A DNA stretch of 63,635 bases, the filler included, from Licmophora abbreviata (lineage: Eukaryota), in assembly GCA_900291995.1 (NCBI GenBank). It is 13 parts of 13 records of this genome, joined end to end, with 100 filler letters (N's around TTAATTAATTAA, not from the genome) between each part and the next. Parts side by side here need not be neighbours in the genome. Positions count along the whole stretch, not along the records: positions 46,355 to 53,575 come from OLMU01003698.1; positions 53,676 to 61,787 come from OLMU01003699.1; 11 more parts are not named here. One strand, written 5' to 3'. The translations under genes and the position numbers were made by a program. Each line of letters begins with the position of its first letter. Within the stretch, counting starts at the first letter, position 1. Below are positions 46,355-56,932 of this stretch, piece after piece. The notes under the pieces are model-generated. The model was not told the origin of the DNA and ran no database searches. It saw only the letters and a list, made by a program, of their open reading frames with translations.

Positions 46355-47863
46355 CTCGGGCGTCGGCTCTGGGGTCGGCTCGGGTGTCGGCTCGGGCGTC
46401 GGCTCTGGGGTCGGCTCTGGCGTGGGATTCGGAGTCGGCTCAGGAGTTGGTTCTGGAGTTGGATCCGGCGTTGGCGCGGGAGTCGGATCTGGGGTGGGAT
46501 CTGGCGTTGGATTCGGGGTCGGAGCAGGTGTAGGATCGGGCGTCGGGTCAGGCGTAGGATTGGGGGTCGGTGCAGGTGTTGGGGCTGGCGTAGGGAACGG
46601 GGTAGCACCGTCGAAGCTGAATCTGTAATCGGCATCGGCAAAACACGGAGCGTCGCTTCCGGGAGCAATGCCTGTCACAGTAGCAGTCGTGCTGAAGGTG
46701 GCATCCTCGCATACATTCACTTCATCGGCCTCGGTGACAACATAGTTGCCGCCTGAGGGAATCACCGGAGATGGATCTGGCTTCACACTCATGGTCTCGC
46801 CTTGGTGCGTTCGCATAAACTCTGTAATTTCGAGATCGCCGGGGCCCGTATTTCGTACCGTGTACTGATACTCGATATCGACCAAACAGTCGCTGTTTTG
46901 ACCACCGGTAGTTGTCATTCCCACCAAGTCGAGTCCACCGTAGTCATGTCCCAGCGTGAGACCATCGCCGTCACAGTTCGAGTCAATTGTGACAAATTGA
47001 CGGAGCTCTCCAGTTTGGGTGCTCACCCTGGCAACCAATTCGCCTGGAAGGGCGGGACTGCCAGTCACACAGACCTCATCGCCGATGCGGACTGGCCCGT
47101 CGTACAACGCGACATCACCACTGAGGATCTCGAGGTTGGCAATTTGGTTGATACCTTGAGGGGGTCCACCGTTGATATCAGTGCAGCCCATGAGGCCATT
47201 CTGGCCAATCATGGAAGCATCACAGAGGTCGGCGTTGTACTGCCAACAGAGGCGCGTGGGAGCGCTGAAGCACTCGATGACATCGATCGGCTTGATGGTA
47301 CTGGCACAATCAGAGCCTCCGGGCACGGTCGAGCATCCCAATTCCAACAAGAGCGCACAGGGCTCAACCCGTGGCAGCGAAGGGGCCAGCGTCGGCTCAG
47401 GAGTTGGATCAGGAGTCGGCTGCGGTGTAGGATCAGGAGTCGGCTGCGGTGTAGGAGCTGGAGTCGGCTTAGGAGTTGGATCAGGAGTCGGCTGTGGTGT
47501 GGGAGCTGGAGTTGGGTCGGGAGTCGGATCCGGCGTGGGTAGGGGGGTGGGATTGGGGGTCGGTCTTGCGGTAGGCGGGGGTGTCGGGACAGGATCAACC
47601 CTTTCCTCAGTCGGGACGGGGGTAGCCGGAACGTTGGTGGGCCTTGGTGTGGGCTTCGCAGGTCTGGGAGTGGGCTTGGGGTCAGTCCTGTTACACTCTT
47701 GAACAGAACAGTATCCATCTTTGGAGCAGCACTCATCGTCGTTCTTGCAGCGACCGCTCCCAACGTTTCCATTGCGACACCAGTTGGTGAAGGGATAAAA
47801 CTCAAGTGCTGCGGCTTGACCGAGCAAGAGGGCTGCCACTCCGCATAGACGAAGAGACATCAT
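46355..47863 (-). CDS. Secreted protein: one hevein-like domain, PT stalk, Cys-rich central domain, PTPE repeats; 3' end in gap
   Basis: Signal peptide [19 protein letters not shown] and CCSKDGYC. The central domain is homologous to 43650-44430 (PT.LC..Y.A..CD, GLTL...YGGL.LVG, DIEY.Y.V.N.GP). Confidence 0.82.
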
Positions 47864-48580
47864 GGTCGTTGCTTGATTGATCGTGCTTGTTTTTGTGGAA
47901 GAACAAGCAAGTGTAAGATCGATCGTAGGCGGGTCCGTGTCGTGACACCAATGGCAAAGAATGAAAAGAACGATAGTGTTCGCGATACACACGCTTCTCA
48001 AGGGCAATCAGACATCCGGTGAATCTTGAGAGAATGCGGGATTTGGAAGTTATCGGCATCCCTTGTCGTATCGAATCATCATTCATGAGAAGTGGTATAG
48101 GGCGTCAGTCTTGGTAGGACCTTTTATATATTATAAACATCTTAATTTAATTATATGTATATGAAAGTATATGAAACTGATTACGTTTCATCCGTGACCT
48201 TTACCAACACAATTATGGTTATTGTTCCACGGTGCACTGCCGAAATCTCCATCGTTTGGCACAATATTTTTGTCGGATATGGTAGGTGCATATTGAGCTT
48301 TTTTGTCCTCCCCGATCGAGAACAGCGATGGAGAGTGGACTAAAAAGTCGGAAGAACAATCTTTGCCGGGATTTGAGGCACGCTTGCGTCGTCGAGTGAG
48401 CCGAAGCATCATCCATGACTTCCCCTTATATGTGTGTCAGTCTGTCATGCCCTCCGCCGCAGATTGTCGCTCTTGCCGTCCCTGTCTTCGTCCGTCTGTC
48501 CTCTGAGACGAGATCGACGGAGCGACGCGCCACACAAACACACGCACACACCAAGAGCCACAAAAGCAGGTGCAGCAACC

Positions 48581-50980
48581 ATGGACTTTTCGTCAGTCGA
48601 CCGAGCGCTGTTCTCGCTCTCGAGGCGTCGCCCCGCCCTGTCAGAGGATGTCGTTGGCAATGCCAGTAGCTTGTTATCCCTGTGGAAAGGAGAAACGACG
48701 GACTTGGCTGAAAATTCGGAACTTCTCACGACCGCACTCCTGTCGCTGCTGGACAAGAACGACAATCGATGGGAACCACTCGCAGTCGGCCTGTTTGTCA
48801 TTACCAGTGTCCTCGATGCCTCGGAAAAGCGAACTTCGAGTGGAAGTACTAGCGGTAAAGACCACGTCTACGTCGAGGGGCCTCGTGTTCCCCAAGTGCA
48901 AGCAGCCGATGAAACTCAGGAGACCAGCACTGCTATAGGCGGCACTGGTACCACGACCGGTACGGCGGCAGTCGTGTCCTTGTTCACGTCCGAGTCGCTT
49001 CAGAAGCTGGCCATTGTGCTTCTAGCCACATGCCAGTCTCACCTCACGCACAAGGAGCCTCGTGTTCGCACCTTGGTGGCCAAGGCTGTCGGAACGTACC
49101 TTCGATTCGTCTTTGGGCTCTTGGAGAAGCGCAGCGATCTGGATACTACGATGATTACCTCGACCCTCTTGCAGCCTGCCTTGAATCTCCACGATACCAT
49201 CGTTGCATCTCTTCGCGATCACTTGAACGCTGGTCGAGACGATGCCGACGTGAACAAGTACTCGCAATCCTCTACCGGCGCTCTGGACGACACGACCGGC
49301 TGGCGCAGTTTGGAAACCAACTGGCAGGGACTCGCCTCGTACGTAAACAGCATCGGCGGAAAGTACTATGACTACCATACCCTGTCGCCAGAACTTCTCG
49401 AAATGTGTCAGAATTCTTGTATTGTGCATGTCAACCGGCATGTTCGTGCGGCTGGCATTGCCACCTTGGAACAGTGGATCCTGGCGGCGGCAGCCGCGTC
49501 CGACGAGCCATCCACCATGCTACTGCAGCCTGGTACAGCCCTATGGACCACCACTGTGAAAGTCCTCCAAGAAACGCTTGCTGACAACTGGTCCCAGGTT
49601 CGTATGGCCGCATCCGTCTTGTGCCGCACGTTCTGGAAGGTCCTCATGGCGCGCTCGGATACACTTCCGTCCGACTGGCGCTCGTCGCTCTACACTCCGC
49701 TGATTCCACGCATGTGCCTGAATCGCTTCTACTTGGCGCAGGGCGTCAAGTTGTATTCGCACGAAACGTGGAAACTCGTCTTTACGGAGCCAGGCAGTGG
49801 CGTGTTGTGCGTCAGTCAGACGGCGGGTCCGATGTGTCGGTACTATGTGAAAATGTGCGATGCCGACAATCACGTCGTGCGTGAGGCTGCCTGTCAGGCA
49901 GTGGCGGAGCTGGCGGTCAAGTTGGGTGGTGGTGACTTGAGGGAATCGTTGGCGCCCTATGTGCCGTTGCTGCTGCAGTCGCTGCTCATGTGCTTTCACG
50001 ACGAGTCGTGGCCGGTGCGGGATGAGGCGGCCCTGGCCTGCGGGAGTTTCTGCAAGGCGTTTCCGGAAGAGAGTCGCCCCGAACTCAGTACGCTCATGGA
50101 ACGGTGGTTGGAACAATTGACGGATCAGATTTGGTCGGTACGACAGGATGCGGCAGTGGCGTTGGGAGATGCCGTCGTTGCATACGGAGACGAAGTCTTT
50201 CAGAAGCTCCTGCAGGCGTTAAAGGAGAAAATCCCGAGTGCGCGAGAGCAGCCGGCCATGACCATGGAAGAGTACAAGCAGCGCCAGAATGATATTGAAA
50301 GTCATACCGACAGTCAGTTGTACAGCTGTGGAAGCCTGGCGCCGAAATTGCGCAAGGGTGGTGCTGGTCGAATCGGATGCAGCAGTTGCGGCATTACTCG
50401 CCCGAAAGCACCTTGGGAAGCGACGGACGGCTGTATCTATCTTCTGCAGGAGCTCATGGCGCACTGCCCTGATGTGACGGACGATGTCTGGCTTCCCTTG
50501 GTCGAAGAGCTTGTCGACGTGTGTCGCGTCCAGCACTTTCCCCAGGCAGACGACTTGCGTGCGACGCTGTGGAGACAGTTTCCCCTCATGGCTCAGTCGT
50601 TGGGAAAGCAGCGCTTCAAGCGGCAGTACTTGCAGATCGTTCTGGATCTCCTCATGTCGAATCTGGCTTCGCGCACTGCGTCGGCTCTTTCGAAGCATGC
50701 GGCAGGACAGTGTGCCGAAGAGCTGGCGCAATTCGTCGGGGTTAGCATCTTTCGCGGTCGCTTGGATGACTTTGAACAGGAGGCGTTTGATGGAGCGATG
50801 CGCGAACGCAAGCAAATGCCAAAGGGCCCGGAAGCCGATGGTTTTTCTCCATTTGGCCCGCAAGGACTGCTAGAGACGCCAGCGTCGATACCGTCGCTCG
50901 CTCCATCGGCTATACACGGTTCGGTGTCGCAGCCTCTGCGGGCGCCCGTACCAGGTAGCGGTTACGCGGACTCGCTATAG
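48581..50980 (+). CDS. HEAT/ARM-repeat protein
   Basis: LADNWSQVR, ADNHVVREAACQAVAEL, FHDESWPVRDEAALAC and LTDQIWSVRQDAAVALG HEAT motifs. Confidence 0.85.
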   Translation: MDFSSVDRALFSLSRRRPALSEDVVGNASSLLSLWKGETTDLAENSELLTTALLSLLDKNDNRWEPLAVGLFVITSVLDASEKRTSSGSTSGKDHVYVEGPRVPQVQAADETQETSTAIGGTGTTTGTAAVVSLFTSESLQKLAIVLLATCQSHLTHKEPRVRTLVAKAVGTYLRFVFGLLEKRSDLDTTMITSTLLQPALNLHDTIVASLRDHLNAGRDDADVNKYSQSSTGALDDTTGWRSLETNWQGLASYVNSIGGKYYDYHTLSPELLEMCQNSCIVHVNRHVRAAGIATLEQWILAAAAASDEPSTMLLQPGTALWTTTVKVLQETLADNWSQVRMAASVLCRTFWKVLMARSDTLPSDWRSSLYTPLIPRMCLNRFYLAQGVKLYSHETWKLVFTEPGSGVLCVSQTAGPMCRYYVKMCDADNHVVREAACQAVAELAVKLGGGDLRESLAPYVPLLLQSLLMCFHDESWPVRDEAALACGSFCKAFPEESRPELSTLMERWLEQLTDQIWSVRQDAAVALGDAVVAYGDEVFQKLLQALKEKIPSAREQPAMTMEEYKQRQNDIESHTDSQLYSCGSLAPKLRKGGAGRIGCSSCGITRPKAPWEATDGCIYLLQELMAHCPDVTDDVWLPLVEELVDVCRVQHFPQADDLRATLWRQFPLMAQSLGKQRFKRQYLQIVLDLLMSNLASRTASALSKHAAGQCAEELAQFVGVSIFRGRLDDFEQEAFDGAMRERKQMPKGPEADGFSPFGPQGLLETPASIPSLAPSAIHGSVSQPLRAPVPGSGYADSL

Positions 50981-51117
50981 ACAGGATCCCAACAAATATT
51001 GGAGCGAGACTAAGTAATGCATGTTTGAGGATGGGCTTATTTTATAAATGTTTGTCATTCAATCTTAGTAGACTTCTCGCGCCCTATGTTCAGTGAGCTG
51101 TGACACACTGCTGGTGA

Positions 51118-53331
51118 CTAAGGATGCGAGGCTGCGAGGCGCTGCATTGCTTTTTCTTGGTTGTACTGTGACTGCGACACGTACCCTGAGGGAAGCGCCG
51201 CTCGTGTCTCCTCTCGCCGAAAGCCTGAATACAACCTGTCTTTCACTTCTTCCCGTTTTCGCGAATACTCCTTCATCACAGCTGCATTTGTCTGGCGAAT
51301 CAGACGCGGAAGCCAGCGATGGCTTCCTGACTGACGCTGAATTAGGGATCGCAACTCCGAGCTCGCGTGAGTCTTTACATAGTCGAAGTCAATTCCTTCG
51401 CAGACATTCTGCATGATGCTCTCCTCGACCAACCAAGCGATTTCTTCCTCCTGTTTGTTGAGGTGCTTGTAGGCGGATGTCGTTCGTGGTGTTCTAGTCT
51501 TTGTAGCTTTCCCTTTCGGCTTGTTTTGGGACTTCCCGGACGCCCGTGGTCCATTGCGATGAGCAGGTTTCGGCCAAGGGGCCGCTGCAGAGGTCGGTGC
51601 AGTGACATGCAGAGAAGGAGCTGGCTTGTTCGTCGATTCTGCATTCGCTGACGGCGGCTCTAGATTGCTCGCCACTGGCGCAGGTTTCTTTAGATCCCAA
51701 GAAGCCGTAACATTCGGCTGCGTTCGCATTAGGACTCGGTGGGCGGCAACCACCTTGGCCATTTCGGGTCGACGGTAGCCACGCCTCATGCGCAACTCGA
51801 TTTCTGCGGCTTTTGTCTTGAAGGCTTCTCTGACGGACTTTCGAAGAATGTGCGGGCCCTTCTTATACACGTCATTCTTTCCCTGCCGAAGCAGCACTCT
51901 TAGCGCCGGCGACGAGTACGTCCACACAAAACTCCAGTCGCCTTCCCTCTTTTTGTTACAGAAACGGCTCTCCTCCATAAGCCACGCAAGTTCAATCTCC
52001 ACACATGTCAAAACTCCGCTAGTGGTCGTAGTCTGCGTGTCAGGGCTCTTGCTGGGGTCGAAGTCTTCATTATAAGCGATGTCGTCGTCAGTCTCGTTCC
52101 AGTTCGCCGTAACCTGAACGTTGTTGGGATCGACTAACAAGACGTGTTTGATATTGGCCGCTCCTTCTACGTCACCCGGTGAGCGTCTGATTGTGATATC
52201 TGTATTCCTCCTCGAGCCGTGCTGCGCTTCGACGCCTCCGTTCCGAGGGTCGTGCAACGGCGACATAGTCGCTTCAGCCTTTGCTTGAGTTACATCATCG
52301 CCTAATGTGGCAGTCCCATCGCGAGTCACTGGGGACTGATGTTTGACTCTGATGTTTTTCTGTTCGGTGTGCGACAAAGATCCCCTCTCAGAAGATTCGT
52401 CGTGGTACGTCGCATCCTTGCAATTTTGCTTCGATACTGGCTCTTTGATACGAGCGTTGTCCTCTTCGAGCTTTTGTCGTTCAGCCCATGTGAGAGGATA
52501 GTCCCTCTTGGGATTCTCCTTCTTCAAGGCTGCAAATTTTGGCGGGGGTGAAACAATCTCCACCTCATCGTCGTCATCTGACAACGTAGTGAGGTCTACT
52601 GTGTCCACTACCTGTGTTGGTAGCGAGTGTCTGTCTTTCTTGCGCTCTTGCCAGACTTGCTTGAAGCCAGCAAGACGTATGTTGTGTGATATGGTAGCCC
52701 CTTGTGATGACACGTGATTTCCATGTCTATCACCACCAGATGAATTAGGGTTGGTTCGAGAAAAACTGCTCTTGCCAGTTTCTCTCACTGTTTTGTTCGC
52801 CGATAGGCTCCTCGGAGCACATATCGCGCCTGCTGCTGCACTAGCAGTATCTACCCTAGTTACTACACTACCAGAGGCTATTTGTAAATTAGTGTGTCGC
52901 AACGATGTTGCTTCCGGTGACAATCGCCGACGCTTGTCGGGATTTCCATCCTGATGGATAGTTTGAGCCGTAGCCGTAACGACATGGTGGCGGCCGGCGC
53001 GGCGGTGCTTGACACGCTGACGTCGAGGTGAATTCTCGTCGCCTGTCCGACGACCGCGATCACGGTCGTCCTTCTTTTTGGCGGCCAGAGCGGCGCTGGC
53101 GGTGACAAAGAGAGCCATTTCGTTGCCACCGCTCGCCTCATTGGTACCGCCATCTGAGAGAAAGGAGGGAGGGCGGCGGGAAACGAAAGGAGAAGAAGGA
53201 CCGTGTTGACTGCGAGGTCTCTTCTTGAACTTTTTGGGTGAAGATCGATGTGTCGATATTTTTTCATCCCGCAGCGCTCCGAGCTTGCTCTTTGGTTGAA
53301 AGCGTTGAATACCACCCATGATGTGGTGCAT
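51118..53331 (-). CDS. Hypothetical basic, largely disordered protein with two homologous C-terminal helical domains
   Basis: 737-aa ORF with NLS-like KFKKRPR and KRRR, a SIM-like VDLTTLSDDDDEVEIV, and an internal duplicated domain. Confidence 0.7.
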   Translation of the reverse strand: MHHIMGGIQRFQPKSKLGALRDEKISTHRSSPKKFKKRPRSQHGPSSPFVSRRPPSFLSDGGTNEASGGNEMALFVTASAALAAKKKDDRDRGRRTGDENSPRRQRVKHRRAGRHHVVTATAQTIHQDGNPDKRRRLSPEATSLRHTNLQIASGSVVTRVDTASAAAGAICAPRSLSANKTVRETGKSSFSRTNPNSSGGDRHGNHVSSQGATISHNIRLAGFKQVWQERKKDRHSLPTQVVDTVDLTTLSDDDDEVEIVSPPPKFAALKKENPKRDYPLTWAERQKLEEDNARIKEPVSKQNCKDATYHDESSERGSLSHTEQKNIRVKHQSPVTRDGTATLGDDVTQAKAEATMSPLHDPRNGGVEAQHGSRRNTDITIRRSPGDVEGAANIKHVLLVDPNNVQVTANWNETDDDIAYNEDFDPSKSPDTQTTTTSGVLTCVEIELAWLMEESRFCNKKREGDWSFVWTYSSPALRVLLRQGKNDVYKKGPHILRKSVREAFKTKAAEIELRMRRGYRRPEMAKVVAAHRVLMRTQPNVTASWDLKKPAPVASNLEPPSANAESTNKPAPSLHVTAPTSAAAPWPKPAHRNGPRASGKSQNKPKGKATKTRTPRTTSAYKHLNKQEEEIAWLVEESIMQNVCEGIDFDYVKTHASSELRSLIQRQSGSHRWLPRLIRQTNAAVMKEYSRKREEVKDRLYSGFRREETRAALPSGYVSQSQYNQEKAMQRLAASHP

Positions 53332-54112
53332 ATGAAAGAACTGGGAGATCCGTCCCCATGGGCAAGATGCGATGAACCTCTCAAAGTTAGAGAGAGGCTC
53401 AGGGGTAAAAAATACTGAGTACTACTCGAGTATGACAGCCAGAATATTTGAGGTATCCGCGAACTCGCGGGAAGCTATATTATTCATTTTACTCGAGATA
53501 CGTATATTCTAAAATTGAAAAGCACATTGGTCGAGTGAGTCGAATCGAGTCAAAAATATCTCGGCTCTGTCGTAGNNNNNNNNNNNNNNNNNNNNNNNNN
53601 NNNNNNNNNNNNNNNNNNNTTAATTAATTAANNNNNNNNNNNNNNNNNNNNNNNNNNNNNNNNNNNNNNNNNNNNTGAATACCACCCATGATGTGGTGCA
53701 TATGAAAGAACTGGGAGATCCGTCCCCATGGGCAAGATGCGATGAGCCTCTCAAAGTTAGCGAGAGGCTCAGGGGTAAAAAATACTACTCGAGTATGACA
53801 GCCAGAATATTTGAGGTATCCGCGAACTCGCGGGAAGCTATATCATTCATTTTACTTGAGATACGTATATTCTAAAATTGAAAAGCACATGGCTCTGTCG
53901 TAGTCCAAACCAACTCCATGGCGGCTTTGCGAATGACGCCCGTGTTTCTTGCCTGTGTACTCCTTGATGCTATTTCTATCGACCGAATTGGAAGAACTAA
54001 ATCGGATTTGAGCTGTAGGGAAAGCGTTGGGGCGAAAGATTTTGATTTCGTAATTTGACAGCTACCCAATTTCACCGTACCTCTGCATTGCTAGGAACAG
54101 AGTACATTCACC

Positions 54113-56392
54113 ATGGTGTCGCCGTCGAAATCCTTTCTTCATTCCATGAAAAATCAGAAATTACGGCATGCCACTCTGAAACCAATTTTTATGGCTGCTG
54201 GCGCCTGTCTCGTAGTGATTGCCGGTGCTATGCTTTGGGCCCAGCAACCAGGGGGCGATGCGGCATATTTCAGTACCGGTACCGCAACGCCATCGGCCGG
54301 CGTACTACCGAACACGCAGCAGGCACAGCACTACGTGATCGACCCAGGTCTTGTTCTTCCCTCTCGCATGTCTTCTAAACTACGTGTCATGTCGACGACA
54401 GAGAGAGGTCGCGCTGAAGCCGCGGTACTGTGGCCCGCCTCCAATGAATTGCAACACATGGCCTACTCTCCAGACGAACAGATTGCTATTCTGCAACAAT
54501 TCGGGGCCAAGTGTCTTCCGGACTCGGATCAAAACGCGGTGCTGGACCGATATGTTACGCTCCCCTTACAGTATCAGCCGAAACTCTTTCAGTATTGCAT
54601 GCTCTATCTGGGCTACGGCAACACCTACGTCGACTCCGACAATGTGGCCTTTCTCCAAGAGGCGGAAGTTCTTTTGCTTTCGAGCGCCGACAAGCATATT
54701 GCGATTCGTATCTCGTCTGCAACGGAGCACTTGTTGATACACGAAGCCTTCCTTTATGTGCCGACGCCGAAGTCCAGTGTTATGTTGCAAATGGTACAGC
54801 TCTTAGTCGAGACGTCCAACGACGCCTTGGATCTAGACTCAGAGCTGTTGGAGCGATCTCTCGGCAGCTTGCTTCTGGGAGAAGAGACGTCGTGGACCTT
54901 ATGGCAGAACCAATGTCCATCAGTACAACGGGAAGGGCCCGCTCCTTACGAGAGCGAAACTACTACTGTGACGTCGTTGCTTCCAGCATCGTGCCCCATG
55001 CAGAATGGATATTGCTGTCAAGTCGCGTCTTCTGAAGGCGATACAACTCGACATGACGCGGAACCGATCTTGGTACTTCGTCATCCCCTCCGGCCTCCTC
55101 GAGCGACATCAACTGACCTTGTGAACTCGGCGTTTTATTCCTCCGTCACAGAGCACATGTTGGTAGACGACGACACGCCAATTCCAACCCGCGCCGAGAC
55201 TCCCAACTTCTTCGATATTCTCTTTCGCAACGGCTGCCTACCGACGCAAAAGGAGTGTCACCGTTGTTTGAAGCTTAACAATCACTGTCGACACTGCTAC
55301 GACGTGTGTCCGTGCTACTGCAAGGCTCTCTGTCGAATTCGGCCTCCTCCCAAGCTGACGACGCGTGAGTTCATTGTGAGACCGCCATTATATCGCAAGG
55401 ATCCGGAACGTCTGATTCCGCGATTGATTCATCAGACATGGTACGAGCCTGTGACGCCTGAAAAATATCCTAATATGTCACGATTGATGGAATCGTGGAA
55501 ACAGAGTGGTTGGGGGTACACATTCTATGACGATACGTTGGCTGCCGAGTTCTTGTCTGAGCACTTTCCGCCTCAAGTCAGAGAGGCGTATGACAGCATC
55601 ATTCCGGGTGCCTTCAAGGCTGACCTGTTTCGATACTGCGTCTTGCTCATCAAGGGTGGAATTTATGCCGATATGGACGTTCTTTTGGAGTCTAACTTGG
55701 ACTGGGCCATTTCGCCGGATGTTGGCTTCTTGACTCCCCAAGACGAACCAGGAACCAATCTTGGGGCTAGAAGTTGTCTTTGGAACGGTCTCTTGGCCGT
55801 GGCTCCTGGACACCCCTTTTTGGCCAAGACGATTGAACTTGTTGTGAACAATATTCGAAATCGCTTCACTTCTGTCGACTACGACGACATGCTATGCCCA
55901 AATCCACAACTGAGTGTATCACACACGGTCGACACGCTGTTTACGTGCGGTCCATGCATCCTCGGAGGTGGTATCAACGCGGTGTTACGTCGACACAAGC
56001 AGTCGGAGTTTGAAGTGGGCGATGTCGACATTTGGAAGAGTACGAACGAGGGCACAGAGAGCGAAATGTGGGCACAAGAAGTTGTGGCGAGTCGTCGACA
56101 CCTGACCGAGCAACCACCGAAGTGGAGGGAAGATCCTCGTCATCTCATTCCAGGTCGAACGATTATTCTGCAACAAAACAAGCAAGACATGGGGGCACAC
56201 CGTTTCACGTGGGAGGACCGAAACCTCATGGTGGCAGCAACCGACATGCCCGATTACGATGATCGACCCCCAACCAAGGAGCATTACAGCAAGTCACACG
56301 AGAAGTTTGGTGTGTACGGACTGAAAAAGCTTTACACCGATCAAAACCGAGCAAACGAGTACATTCGGATAGTAGTCGAGCCAGCGACGTAG
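54113..56392 (+). CDS. GT32 (DXD, OCH1/Sur1-like) glycosyltransferase, type II membrane
   Basis: N-terminal TM, IPRLIHQTW, GAFKADLFRYCVL..KGGIYADMD, PGHPFL and TCGP. Confidence 0.9.
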   Translation: MVSPSKSFLHSMKNQKLRHATLKPIFMAAGACLVVIAGAMLWAQQPGGDAAYFSTGTATPSAGVLPNTQQAQHYVIDPGLVLPSRMSSKLRVMSTTERGRAEAAVLWPASNELQHMAYSPDEQIAILQQFGAKCLPDSDQNAVLDRYVTLPLQYQPKLFQYCMLYLGYGNTYVDSDNVAFLQEAEVLLLSSADKHIAIRISSATEHLLIHEAFLYVPTPKSSVMLQMVQLLVETSNDALDLDSELLERSLGSLLLGEETSWTLWQNQCPSVQREGPAPYESETTTVTSLLPASCPMQNGYCCQVASSEGDTTRHDAEPILVLRHPLRPPRATSTDLVNSAFYSSVTEHMLVDDDTPIPTRAETPNFFDILFRNGCLPTQKECHRCLKLNNHCRHCYDVCPCYCKALCRIRPPPKLTTREFIVRPPLYRKDPERLIPRLIHQTWYEPVTPEKYPNMSRLMESWKQSGWGYTFYDDTLAAEFLSEHFPPQVREAYDSIIPGAFKADLFRYCVLLIKGGIYADMDVLLESNLDWAISPDVGFLTPQDEPGTNLGARSCLWNGLLAVAPGHPFLAKTIELVVNNIRNRFTSVDYDDMLCPNPQLSVSHTVDTLFTCGPCILGGGINAVLRRHKQSEFEVGDVDIWKSTNEGTESEMWAQEVVASRRHLTEQPPKWREDPRHLIPGRTIILQQNKQDMGAHRFTWEDRNLMVAATDMPDYDDRPPTKEHYSKSHEKFGVYGLKKLYTDQNRANEYIRIVVEPAT

Positions 56393-56932
56393 TTATTATT
56401 ACAAGTTAACATACAATCTTCGTCGCCACGACTTACATGATGTTTGCTACTGGTACAGTGAACGCCCGTAACTTTATCCAAGAAGGCAAGCAAACATTGA
56501 AGTGTAAAGCAGGGGAACCACTCCCTAGTGAGCATAAAAGCATCGTGAATACTAGGATGAAAGTATCCGACCCAATCAGGAATAAGACGCTCAGGCGTGC
56601 TCCGCAGGCCGGCTGTCTCGTCGCCGCCCGTTGGGCGCGTTCATCAATCCTCACAATGACGGCGCGGTGATGCCGGGTGCTTGTTTCTGCTTCTTCCGTC
56701 TCACGGTGTGACTCTTGCAAGCCCCTGGAGTTGCTTTTCAAGTGAATTTGTTGATTTGGCTTTGCTGCAGAGGCTCCGGAAAGGCAGAAAACAAGATTTT
56801 GGTTATTCCCAATTTGCCCAGTTTCAGTTCCGAATTTCAGGTCGTTCGAACCATACGCTTTGCACTCTTGACGCCTCATTGGACTTGTTGGACCGACAAG
56901 CGACCCTCTGTCTTACTTAAATTGACCACATC

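Noticed and set aside
53306..53903. Direct repeat flanking gap 53576-53675, LTR-like at first sight
   Set aside because: Same gap-edge overlap pattern, with no retroelement coding sequence or other LTR features.
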